Source: a virus
Taxonomy: Duplodnaviria; Caudoviricetes
Virus record (IMG/VR): IMGVR_UViG_3300002091_000059
Location: 1 to 36,134 of that record
Direction: 5' to 3' (one strand)
Length of the DNA stretch: 36,134 bases
Shown here: in pieces, positions 16,462 through 25,112 of the stretch
How the letters are laid out: each line of letters begins with the position of its first letter
Position numbering within the stretch: the first letter of the stretch is position 1
Program-made: the position numbers and the translations under genes
Notes under the pieces: model-generated
Told to the model about the DNA's origin: nothing
What the model saw: only the letters and a program-made list of their open reading frames with translations
Databases searched by the model: none

Positions 16462-17032
16462 TATAGTCAATGAAGGCATTTGGGATGATATGAAAGCTGG
16501 CTATAAAGCCGGCAAGGATGACTATATCAAGCGTCAATATGCTCAAATGCAAGCCGATAAGAAAGCACAGCGAGCAGCAGGAAAAGCAGCCCCTGCTGCA
16601 CCAGTAAAAGCACCTAGAACTAGAAAGTCAGCAGCAACTACGGCTGCACCAGCCCCTGCGGCAGCAGCACCGGCAGGAACACCTGCTGCGCCAGTAAAAG
16701 CACCTAGAACTAGAAAGTCAGCAGCAACTACGGCTGCACCAACAGTAACTCCACCAACTAAAGCTGCTCCTGCTACAACAGCAGCGCCTGCCGTGACTCC
16801 TCCAGCACCAGCAGGATCACCTTCGGCAGCCACAACAGTCCCTCCCGCTACCAAAGTAAAAAGATCTAAGGCAGTGCCTGCACCTAAAGCAGCACCTGTT
16901 GCGGCAGCAGATACCCCAATGACATTTGCTCAAATACAAAAATCATTGGATACTTTGAGTAAATCTGAGCTAAACAAGATACTGACTACAGTAATTGGTA
17001 AGACTAATACTAGAGTTTCAGCTGGGAAATAA
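16448..17032 (+). CDS. Ala/Pro/Lys/Thr-rich protein, candidate internal head protein
   Basis: AGGAG RBS; N-terminus MKSSDIVNE-G; low-complexity histone-H1-like centre. Confidence 0.7.
   Translation: MKSSDIVNEGIWDDMKAGYKAGKDDYIKRQYAQMQADKKAQRAAGKAAPAAPVKAPRTRKSAATTAAPAPAAAAPAGTPAAPVKAPRTRKSAATTAAPTVTPPTKAAPATTAAPAVTPPAPAGSPSAATTVPPATKVKRSKAVPAPKAAPVAAADTPMTFAQIQKSLDTLSKSELNKILTTVIGKTNTRVSAGK
16592..16741 (+). repeat. 60-bp direct repeat, two copies, 90-bp period
   Basis: 16592-16651 versus 16682-16741, one mismatch; encodes PAAPVKAPRTRKSAATTAAP. Confidence 0.92.
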
Positions 17033-17061
17033 ACACAGTAGTAACACAAATAATGTGTTTG

Positions 17062-17089
17062 AGAAGGGGTAGCAATACCCCTTCTTCTT
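17062..17089 (+). terminator. intrinsic terminator-like hairpin (GCAA loop)
   Basis: AGAAGGGGTA-GCAA-TACCCCTTCT then TCTT. Confidence 0.75.
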
Positions 17090-17144
17090 GGCATCAGGCA
17101 TAAATAATTACAGCGTTATACACGCAATTTTTTGGAGAAATAAA

Positions 17145-17537
17145 ATGGCAGAGATTGGTAGAATTAATGGTAGTCCAGCAGCTGGACAGTTTTATGGTTA
17201 TAACTTCGTTGTAATTAAGGTTGCAAACAGCAACAACGTATTCACTGCTGATACAGTAGATGGTACAACTAAGATCATCACACCAGGTGGTTACAGTGGT
17301 GCAGTTAAGGCTCTTGCACAGATTGGTTCATTGATTGTTCTAGGTACTCAGGCAGCTGGTACTTTCACTGCAATCGTTGACGCAGCAACAGTTAACAACG
17401 GTGCTGGTGGTACAACTACTGGTGCTTATGGCGCATTGAAGGATGCTCTTGTATCACAGATCGGTGGTTCAGCAGGTGACTATACAGTAACAACAAGTAC
17501 AGCTCTAAACGGCGCTGGTACATTCACTTACGCTTAA
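17145..17537 (+). CDS. probable abundant virion (capsid decoration-type) protein, 130 aa
   Basis: CATAAATA at 17099-17106, GGAG RBS, ATG 17145; Gly/Ala/Thr-rich with strong codon bias; own terminator. Confidence 0.75.
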   Translation: MAEIGRINGSPAAGQFYGYNFVVIKVANSNNVFTADTVDGTTKIITPGGYSGAVKALAQIGSLIVLGTQAAGTFTAIVDAATVNNGAGGTTTGAYGALKDALVSQIGGSAGDYTVTTSTALNGAGTFTYA

Positions 17538-17558
17538 TTTAATTAAGTATAGTAAACT

Positions 17559-17586
17559 AGAAGGGGCAGCAATGCCCTTTCTTTTT
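17559..17586 (+). terminator. intrinsic terminator (GCAA loop)
   Basis: AGAAGGGGCA-GCAA-TGCCCTTTCT then TTTT. Confidence 0.85.
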
Positions 17587-17614
17587 GTCTGAATTTCACA
17601 GCACTAAGTAAACC

Positions 17615-18010
17615 GTGTCAGAAGAACTCCCCACATACACCTGTTATACCTTATTCAATATTCCTGATAAAGGTGACCGTAACATCATAAGAAACTGGAA
17701 TACTGTTGTACAAGTTGCAAGCTTACGCTGTCAGCCTTACATAACTAAATTCCCACAATTTGTAGAAACCGATTTGGAAAGATTTAACTTTGGATCCTCA
17801 TATACAGGAATAGCCAAAGTTTGGAGTTTTGAATTCAGTGTTGACCACTCAGAAATATTTGCAGTAGACGAAGATCCAATTGCAAATCTAAAGAGTGATA
17901 GCAATTTAGTTCCAATGAAAGATTATAACAACATTATAATTGGCCCACGATGCTTGATATCTTACGGGGAGCAATGCAATATCTATTATGTTTTTAATAA
18001 CAAAAATTAA
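17615..18010 (+). CDS. conserved hypothetical protein
   Basis: 131-aa ORF with GTG start, just after variant late motif ACTAAGTA. Confidence 0.7.
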   Translation: MSEELPTYTCYTLFNIPDKGDRNIIRNWNTVVQVASLRCQPYITKFPQFVETDLERFNFGSSYTGIAKVWSFEFSVDHSEIFAVDEDPIANLKSDSNLVPMKDYNNIIIGPRCLISYGEQCNIYYVFNNKN

Positions 18011-18034
18011 TAAATAATTTATAGGAATATTAGC

Positions 18035-18322
18035 ATGAGCAACACTACTACATTCACTAGCCCCACGGATATAGAGAAAGAGAGTTTAGAAGCTCATGTT
18101 GAGTTGTGTGCTCAAAGATACGACTCGATGAAGGGCAATATGGAACGCATGGAAGAACGCCTAACCAATTTGGAAACAATGGTCAAACAGATAAAAGACA
18201 TGTTGGTTGAGAAAGAAAATTCAGCGTATAAAAAATTATTGGGAATTGGCTTCACAATCATAGGCTCATTGTTAACTACTATGTTGGGGTTGGGAATTTA
18301 CTTACTAAAGCTTCCTCATTAA
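18035..18322 (+). CDS. coiled-coil plus C-terminal TM protein (XhlA/holin-like architecture)
   Basis: Heptad region MERMEERLTNLETMVKQIKDML, then LLGIGFTIIGSLLTTMLGLGIYLL; AATAAATA at 18009-18016. Confidence 0.7.
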   Translation: MSNTTTFTSPTDIEKESLEAHVELCAQRYDSMKGNMERMEERLTNLETMVKQIKDMLVEKENSAYKKLLGIGFTIIGSLLTTMLGLGIYLLKLPH

Positions 18323-18351
18323 TTGACTTTTTGTCACAGTACTGTTATACT
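18323..18351 (+). promoter_or_regulatory. sigma70-type promoter, leaderless position
   Basis: TTGACT-N17-TATACT with TGn, ending 6 nt before ATG 18358. Confidence 0.75.
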
Positions 18352-18357
18352 GTATAA

Positions 18358-18786
18358 ATGACATCAAGCAAAGCTCTAAACAAAATTGAAACGTTCGTAA
18401 AAGAACAAGTGCAAAGTCCAAGCTCGGTCGTTATTACTGAGACTGGTAAAGGCTATAAGGTGAATAATTATCGTATTCACTTGATCAATGATTATTGGGT
18501 TCTATTAGATATCAAAGGTATAGAGATACAACGCTTTTTAAGCCAGCGACTAGCAGTCTTATCAGCAGCATTAACCGTTAAAAAGAAGCATAATTTGACA
18601 ATGGTGGTTGCAAATTTGGATAAGCAACTCAATGGTCTTAATCATGACAAGCGATTGTTTGAATATAAGGTAGTGAAAAGTATTAAGAGTCATTTGTTTG
18701 AGGATAGACTCAGTAGAACAATGGGAGAGCTCTCAACCGTATATTATCAGATTTCAGAATTAGAAAAATCTGTTGGTCTGCAATAA
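18358..18786 (+). CDS. hypothetical protein
   Basis: 142-aa ORF with its own promoter. Confidence 0.7.
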   Translation: MTSSKALNKIETFVKEQVQSPSSVVITETGKGYKVNNYRIHLINDYWVLLDIKGIEIQRFLSQRLAVLSAALTVKKKHNLTMVVANLDKQLNGLNHDKRLFEYKVVKSIKSHLFEDRLSRTMGELSTVYYQISELEKSVGLQ

Positions 18787-18809
18787 ATACATTAAACGAG
18801 GAATTGATC

Positions 18810-19745
18810 ATGTTCGTTACAGAGTTTGGCAAAAATTTATCAAGCCATGAATTAAACAAGCAATTAGAAGGCGTTTATAAGTGGCGTCTTAACCTGTCAG
18901 AAATGACAGTAAATGATGCTCGAGATGCATTGCACAGAGTAACAACTAAGATTCATAGAATCAAATCAAGCACAATGGCTCATCAAGCTGAACGTAATCC
19001 ACAGTTCACTGAAGCTTTGTTGGTGAGCAAAGTTCTCGAGTCATGGTTGGGTGAATACAATGAGATGCTCATTGAGCGTACTCTAAAGAAGAACGAACTT
19101 GACAAGCGTGAAAAGTATGTTAAGGGCATGAAGAAAGTCAAGGGCGACTTTAAGAAGCGTTATGGTAAAGATGGCGATTCTGTCATGTATGCTACAGCTA
19201 CTAAGATGGCCAAGAAGGAATCTGTTGAAGAAGCAATGGATGTTCTTAGAGGCATTCTTTCTGGTTCATCATATTTGATGGAAGGTGAAGTTGATCAGGC
19301 ATCAGCAATTGTTGCTGCTCGCGGCATGGTTGACGAAATCCAGAAGATGGTTGAAAAGATCAGTGCTATGGTTAACGAAGAGCTTCCTCCTCTTATGGAT
19401 ACCATTCGTGATCGTGTTGGTGATGAGCAGGCACAGGCTTTCGGTGCTGCTGCTACACAAACACTAACTCCTCTACTTGATGCTGTCAAGGCTGCTCGTG
19501 AAGGAATGGATGGTGCTGCTCGTACGGTTGCTGGTGAGGCTCCTGCCCCAATGGCTACTGGTGGTGAGTTAGGTGCTGGTGCTGCGCCCGGCGCTGATTT
19601 AGGTGCTGAACCTGCTGCTCCTGAAATCGGTGCTGAGCCTGCTGCTCCTGAAGCTGGTGCTGAAATTCCACGTGCCAATGACATGGCAACAAGTGATGCT
19701 GCCGCTGGTGGTAGTGCTGAATTAGGCCGAGGCATGAGAGCATAA
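18810..19745 (+). CDS. putative prohead core/scaffold-type protein
   Basis: AATAAATA at 18782-18789, GAGGA RBS; helical, with I/L-x-E sites and an acidic GAEPAAPE-repeat tail (27-nt period, 19602-19664). Confidence 0.6.
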   Translation: MFVTEFGKNLSSHELNKQLEGVYKWRLNLSEMTVNDARDALHRVTTKIHRIKSSTMAHQAERNPQFTEALLVSKVLESWLGEYNEMLIERTLKKNELDKREKYVKGMKKVKGDFKKRYGKDGDSVMYATATKMAKKESVEEAMDVLRGILSGSSYLMEGEVDQASAIVAARGMVDEIQKMVEKISAMVNEELPPLMDTIRDRVGDEQAQAFGAAATQTLTPLLDAVKAAREGMDGAARTVAGEAPAPMATGGELGAGAAPGADLGAEPAAPEIGAEPAAPEAGAEIPRANDMATSDAAAGGSAELGRGMRA

Positions 19746-19746
19746 T

Positions 19747-20097
19747 ATGAAACTGTTGGAGGTTGAGCCCAATTTCATTATGGGGCAAAGTGGAACTTTA
19801 ATGACAATCCTCCAACATCTTGAATCAAAGATGGGGAAGGGCACAAAAGTTCCAATTGCTGCCATTTCCAATCTTATGCGTAATGTAGGGTATAACTTAA
19901 CTTACGATGAATTCAAAGCAATGTTTGACTCAGATCCAAATATTCAAAAACTTGTAAGTAATTTTAATCAAGATGAAATTACAATTGGTCCCAGTGCCGA
20001 AGATGAACTAGCTGACCAAGGGGCTGATCAGGAAGGTGGTGCGGCAACTGTGGATCAAATGGCACAGACTGCTGCACAAAACAATATAGCAAAATAA
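19747..20097 (+). CDS. hypothetical late protein
   Basis: Starts MKLLE; acidic tail ending VDQMAQTA. Confidence 0.7.
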   Translation: MKLLEVEPNFIMGQSGTLMTILQHLESKMGKGTKVPIAAISNLMRNVGYNLTYDEFKAMFDSDPNIQKLVSNFNQDEITIGPSAEDELADQGADQEGGAATVDQMAQTAAQNNIAK

Positions 20098-20111
20098 CTT
20101 GGAATAAAATT

Positions 20112-20450
20112 ATGATCTCAGCCGTAGATGCAAGAACAGAAAGTATAGCAAATATTAATGTTGAAACTGAGATTTTCATCATCAACATTAATATACTTAA
20201 TGCTATTACCAGTGGGCAACTAAATGCTATTGTTGCTGGCGCTACTGAGACATATATTATGGAAACTATGATTACTGGGTCACCAATGACCACTAGTCAA
20301 GTATATTATGATTCTTGGCAATCAGTGATAATCAATCCACCTAAGACAAGTGAAATGAATAAAGTTATTGACTATTTCACTAAATTAGGCTATGCTGTAA
20401 GTCGTCAGAGCAACGATGGAATGCATATATTTTGGAACATCAGCTGGTAA
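20112..20450 (+). CDS. hypothetical (probably structural) protein
   Basis: 112-aa ORF in the late operon. Confidence 0.65.
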   Translation: MISAVDARTESIANINVETEIFIININILNAITSGQLNAIVAGATETYIMETMITGSPMTTSQVYYDSWQSVIINPPKTSEMNKVIDYFTKLGYAVSRQSNDGMHIFWNISW

Positions 20451-21121
20451 ACACACGGTATCAAGAACGATACAACTATACTCCAATTAGACGAAAACAA
20501 ACATCAGAAGGTAGGAAATATCAAACTCCTGATGGCAGCGCAGTCGCAAGCGTAACAACTATTCTTGAGAAGACAAAGTCTGAAGAAAAGAAGCAAGCTC
20601 TTCATGAATGGTGCAAGCGTGTTGGTACAGTCAAAGCGCAAGAGATAACTACAGAAGCTGCCAATCGCGGCACAAGTATGCACAGTCATTTAGAACATTG
20701 GTTAGTTCATAATGAATTGCAGAATAAAAGTAATCTTGTGCATCAACACAGTGCTAAAATGGCTTCGAGAATAATTGAGGAATACTTAGATCCTCATTTA
20801 ACAGAATGGTGGGGAAGTGAAGTTGGGCTCTATTATCCTGGATTATATGCGGGCACAACTGATCTTGTTGGCATCTATGATGGCGTACCCAGTATTATTG
20901 ATTTTAAGCAAACTAATAAGCCTAAAAAGACCGAGTGGATTGAAGACTATTTCCTCCAAGCTGCTGCGTATTCTCAAGCGCATAATGCTGTACATGGCAC
21001 TGATATTAAGCAAGGGGTTATATTGATGTGCAGTAAAGATGTAGAACCACAACATTGGATAGTTGATCTAACCGAATATAATGATAAATGGTGGGATAGA
21101 GTATCGTTGTATTATAAATAA
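20432..21121 (+). CDS. PD-(D/E)XK exonuclease (MGME1/Cas4-like fold)
   Basis: SVTTIL, RGTSMH, E..L, YAGTTDL, IIDFKQ, YFLQAAAY. The exact start is uncertain. Confidence 0.85.
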   Translation: MEHQLVNTRYQERYNYTPIRRKQTSEGRKYQTPDGSAVASVTTILEKTKSEEKKQALHEWCKRVGTVKAQEITTEAANRGTSMHSHLEHWLVHNELQNKSNLVHQHSAKMASRIIEEYLDPHLTEWWGSEVGLYYPGLYAGTTDLVGIYDGVPSIIDFKQTNKPKKTEWIEDYFLQAAAYSQAHNAVHGTDIKQGVILMCSKDVEPQHWIVDLTEYNDKWWDRVSLYYK

Positions 21122-21180
21122 TAATGCAAATCGCGGGACGGCAATCCCCATTTGCTCTATTGTTATAAGGCAACAACAGC
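21113..21180 (+). promoter_or_regulatory. late promoter TATAAATA followed by a structured 5' leader
   Basis: GCAAAT/ATTTGC and GGGA/TCCC nested stems (21126-21155), then TTGTT/AACAA hairpin enclosing AAGG. Confidence 0.6.
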
Positions 21181-21678
21181 ATGAATATTTACTATGTCTA
21201 TGCATATCTAAGAGAAAAAACTTCTGACACTGCTCGAGAGAATACTCCGTACTATATAGGAAAAGGCAAAACTGACCGAGCATTTGAATATCACAAGTAT
21301 ATAAAAGTTCCTAAAGATAAAACTAAAATAATAATACTTGAAGCAAATCTCACTGAGATAGGAGCATTTGCTTTAGAACGACGATATATAGAATGGTATG
21401 GTCGTAAAGATTTAGGAACAGGAATTCTATTAAATCGAACAGATGGCGGAGATGGCGCCGCAGGTCAAATACCTTGGAATAAAGGTAAAAAAGGTTCACA
21501 AGTACCTTGGAATAAAAATAAAACAGGCTTACAAAGTGCTTGGAATAAAGGGAAGCAAACTGGTAAAAAAGGGCTAACCTATGAAGAGATATATGGTTTA
21601 GAAAAAGCCTTACTGCTAAAAGAAAAGCGTAAACAAACAAAAATTAAGTATTGGGAAGATAACAAGACAACTACATAA
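21181..21678 (+). CDS. GIY-YIG homing endonuclease with (P/A)WNK repeats
   Basis: YVYAY...YYIGKG..RA...E..YI..YGRKD..TGIL.N.TDGG; three WNK repeats at 11-aa period. Confidence 0.85.
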   Translation: MNIYYVYAYLREKTSDTARENTPYYIGKGKTDRAFEYHKYIKVPKDKTKIIILEANLTEIGAFALERRYIEWYGRKDLGTGILLNRTDGGDGAAGQIPWNKGKKGSQVPWNKNKTGLQSAWNKGKQTGKKGLTYEEIYGLEKALLLKEKRKQTKIKYWEDNKTTT

Positions 21679-21707
21679 TCTCACTAAATATATGAAAGTG
21701 AGATTAT
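21675..21707 (+). promoter_or_regulatory. late promoter ACTAAATA (21683-21690) inside an RBS-covering hairpin
   Basis: 11-bp inverted repeat ATAATCTCACT / AGTGAGATTAT ending 3 nt before ATG 21711. Confidence 0.7.
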
Positions 21708-21710
21708 TAA

Positions 21711-24700
21711 ATGGCAATCGTTTCCATCTCAAGGGTTCAACATCGTAGAGGTTTACAGCAGGATTTACCACAGCTGGCAAGTGCAGAACTAGGCTGGAGT
21801 CTAGACGAGCAACGCTTGTATATAGGTAATGGTAACCTAGGAGAAGGAGCGCCTCGCCTAGGTAATACAGAAATATTAACTGAACACAGTGATATTTTAA
21901 GACTGGCTCAGACCTATACTTTTAGAAATGAAGCAGCAGGCTACACACCAACAACTGGTGGTAGAACAAATAAATTTAACTCAATTGCATATAATAATGG
22001 ACTTTATATCGCAGTTGGTATTGATGGAACATTGCTTACTAGTACTGATACTGCTACTTGGTCTCCCGTATATCCAGGTACCAAAAGTACATTGAATTGT
22101 ATAGCATATGGCAACGGATATTTTGTTGCTGTTGGTGCAAGTGGCACTGTAGTTTATAGTACTGATGGTAGTGTTTGGAATAAAGCCGCGTTCAGTGTTA
22201 ACTATACTTTTACCTGTGTAGTATATGCTGGTTCACCCATTAACAACTTTATTGCCACTACTAATGCATCAAATGGTACCATTGTAAAATTTAATACTGC
22301 ACAGTTATCAACAGTTCCTGATAATGGCATCTTTATTTCTCAAGCAGTAAAAACAAACTTATATGCTGGCAGTCTTAACTCAGTTGACTATGATCTAGAT
22401 GGTGAACTATTGGCTGCTGTTGGTGATGGTGGTGGAATTATTACTAGTACGAATGGTTCAACTTGGACCGTACAAGATACTCCCACTTCTTATCGTTTAA
22501 ACTCTGTTAAATTTGCCACTGATCAATGGATCGCAGCAGGTGATTACAGCACAGTACTAATAAGTTTAGATGGCATAAGCTGGGGATATGGGTATACTGA
22601 TTCCTTTAGAGCTGCTGCTAATAATAATACATATTTCATTTTTGTTGGTGATGATGGCATAGCATATTCCGTAGACGGTACGGCAAATGATAACAGTAAT
22701 TTGGTAATTTTGAATACCGGTACTACCAATACATTAAATGATATTTTGTATACATCGTATAATACCTTGTTTGTTGCTGTTGGCATTAACGGTACTATCG
22801 TAACCAGTGGCAACAATGGTGCTACTTGGACTACTCGTACAAGTGGAACAACTGAAGATCTACAAAAAGTATTTTACGATGGCACATTGTTTATTGCTGT
22901 TGGTACCACTGGCAAAATATTAACCAGTAGTGATGCAATAACTTGGACTAGTCGTACCAGTGGCACAACTGAAAATCTGTATGGTGTTTCTAAGTTTAAT
23001 ACCAGCTACATTGCTGTTGGTACAAATGGTAAGATCCTAACCAGTAGTAATGGAACTACTTGGGCAACAGGAACATCTGGTATCAGTGAAGATTTAGAAT
23101 CTATAGCAGTTGCTGATCTGGGAGGCGGATCATATGTTAGTGTTATAGTTGGTACTGCTGGTTCTATATTACGCAGTACAAATGGAACAAGTTGGACAAT
23201 TTCCACTAGTGGAGTTACTGATGATTTACATGGAGTGCAATACATAACATATACTGCAAATTCCATTGCTAAAAATTACTTCTTTGCTGTTGGAAACAAT
23301 GGAGCAATTGTTTATAGTACAGATGGAACAACTTGGAGTATTCAAGATCAATTGCAGGCATTTGGATTAACAAGCCATTTGTTTAATGTATATTATGGTA
23401 TTGGTAGCTTTTGGATTGTTGGTAGTGTGGGATATACATCAGTTTATGGATCAGACTTGACCGAGTCTGAAACAATGACCCAGCAAAGTCTTTCAATTTT
23501 GTATAGCAACACAACTGCATTTAGTGGTCCTGCATTACATGGAATTACATATGGAAATTCCAAATACGTCATTGTTGGGCAATTTGATACAATCCTTGCC
23601 AGTACAGACGGGCAGAATTTTACAAGTCAAACAGGCCGTTCATTTACATCTGAACGTTTGAATACTGCTACAATTTATGACGTGATTTATGTAAACAGTA
23701 AATTTATTGCTGTTGGCAACCTAGGATTAATACTTCAGAGTACCAATGGAATTTATTGGACTGGAGTAAGTTATAGTTTTGGTAATACAATAACTATCAG
23801 AACACTACAGCAGAAACTAGATGACTTTGTAAGTGTCAAGGATTTTGGTGCTGTTGGTGATGGTATTACTGACGACACTGAATCCATTAATAGAGCACTT
23901 TATGAAGTTTATTGCAGAAGCAATAGCACAACTGCAAGAAAAGTACTTTGGTTTCCGGCTGGTAGATATATCATTAGTGATGGTGTTAATGTGCCTAGTA
24001 ATGCCATCATAAGAGGCGAGGGTGCAACCAATACAGTTATAGTGCAGACAGCAGATCCCACTTATGTAAGTTATGTTTTTATTACAGCTGATAGCTTACA
24101 GCAAATTGGTGGTCAGGTTGGATACAATGGTGCTTCACTGCCCAGCGATATTACTATCTCTGACATTGGTGCAGAAGCACAATCAGATGGTATTTGGTTA
24201 ACTAATGCCAGTAAAGTACAAATTACCAGAGTAAATTTTATTGGCGCATTGACTCGTCCAACTGGTATTGGTAATGAAACAACTGGACTTTATATCAATG
24301 GTTCATATATGAATCAACCAACTGATATTAATGTATTGGATTGTTATTTTTCAGGATTCAATTATGCTGTTTATCAACAGGATACTGAGTATAGTCGCAA
24401 CATATTATTCAACAGTACTACGTTCTTTAATAACTATCAGGGCATTGTAGTAACAACTGGTGGTGGTATGGTTAATACAATGACTGTAAGCAATTGCGTT
24501 TTTGATTCAATTGGTGATACTGCTATTAAAACTAATTACGCAACTAATGTTACAAGCACATTCAATAGTTTTAGAGATGTTGGTAACAACTACTTGGGTA
24601 TTGGCAACGCAATTGCATACTGTGTGGATTTTGGTACTGCTAGTATTGGTTGTGCAAGTATCAATGACCAATTTGACAGAACAGAAACTGAATCCTATAC

Positions 24701-25112
24701 AACTTATGAATGGGTAAATGGTAACGCAAATACCATTATGATGTCTTCTGGCCATGAACTGCGTATTGGGCTTTGGGAACAAGCTGGTGGTGAAAAATAT
24801 ACACTATTGGTCAACAAGACAAATGAACCAACAGGATATACAGCAAAACTTTCAGATAATTCGTTCAATAAGAAAATTCAGTATGCTATTAGACGAGATT
24901 CTGCTACTAGAACAGGTATTATTCACATAGTTTATAATGGCAGTGGTACATATTTCATGGATGATGAAAGCAAAGAAATAGCAGATGTTGGTGTAATCTT
25001 TAGCTTGAGCAGTAACGGCACACGACTTAGCTTGAACTATACTAGCACCGCAACTGCTGCGGTAACATTTGAATTTGTAATGGCTGAATCTTATTTGGAC
25101 TTTGTGTGGTAA
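21711..25112 (+). CDS. tail fibre/spike-type protein: Mtd-N-like head, Asp-box beta-propeller repeats, pectate-lyase-like beta-helix
   Basis: N-terminal SRVQHRRG...L..AELGW..D...LYIG; about 11 S.(D/N)G.TW boxes; SVKDFGAVGDGITDDT...FPAGRY. Confidence 0.82.
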   Translation: MAIVSISRVQHRRGLQQDLPQLASAELGWSLDEQRLYIGNGNLGEGAPRLGNTEILTEHSDILRLAQTYTFRNEAAGYTPTTGGRTNKFNSIAYNNGLYIAVGIDGTLLTSTDTATWSPVYPGTKSTLNCIAYGNGYFVAVGASGTVVYSTDGSVWNKAAFSVNYTFTCVVYAGSPINNFIATTNASNGTIVKFNTAQLSTVPDNGIFISQAVKTNLYAGSLNSVDYDLDGELLAAVGDGGGIITSTNGSTWTVQDTPTSYRLNSVKFATDQWIAAGDYSTVLISLDGISWGYGYTDSFRAAANNNTYFIFVGDDGIAYSVDGTANDNSNLVILNTGTTNTLNDILYTSYNTLFVAVGINGTIVTSGNNGATWTTRTSGTTEDLQKVFYDGTLFIAVGTTGKILTSSDAITWTSRTSGTTENLYGVSKFNTSYIAVGTNGKILTSSNGTTWATGTSGISEDLESIAVADLGGGSYVSVIVGTAGSILRSTNGTSWTISTSGVTDDLHGVQYITYTANSIAKNYFFAVGNNGAIVYSTDGTTWSIQDQLQAFGLTSHLFNVYYGIGSFWIVGSVGYTSVYGSDLTESETMTQQSLSILYSNTTAFSGPALHGITYGNSKYVIVGQFDTILASTDGQNFTSQTGRSFTSERLNTATIYDVIYVNSKFIAVGNLGLILQSTNGIYWTGVSYSFGNTITIRTLQQKLDDFVSVKDFGAVGDGITDDTESINRALYEVYCRSNSTTARKVLWFPAGRYIISDGVNVPSNAIIRGEGATNTVIVQTADPTYVSYVFITADSLQQIGGQVGYNGASLPSDITISDIGAEAQSDGIWLTNASKVQITRVNFIGALTRPTGIGNETTGLYINGSYMNQPTDINVLDCYFSGFNYAVYQQDTEYSRNILFNSTTFFNNYQGIVVTTGGGMVNTMTVSNCVFDSIGDTAIKTNYATNVTSTFNSFRDVGNNYLGIGNAIAYCVDFGTASIGCASINDQFDRTETESYTTYEWVNGNANTIMMSSGHELRIGLWEQAGGEKYTLLVNKTNEPTGYTAKLSDNSFNKKIQYAIRRDSATRTGIIHIVYNGSGTYFMDDESKEIADVGVIFSLSSNGTRLSLNYTSTATAAVTFEFVMAESYLDFVW

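Noticed and set aside
16543-16854. Antisense Ala/Gly-rich ORF (also 19295-19735 and 32989-33426)
   Set aside because: These are shadows of GCN/CCN-rich low-complexity sense genes, with no RBS or promoter.
20432-21121. CRISPR-associated Cas4 or CRISPR array
   Set aside because: It lacks the Cas4 Fe-S cysteine set, there are no other cas genes, and I saw no repeat-spacer array anywhere in the window.
21711-25112. Diversity-generating retroelement target (Mtd-like N-terminus)
   Set aside because: No reverse transcriptase and no TR/VR pair differing at adenines are visible in the window.
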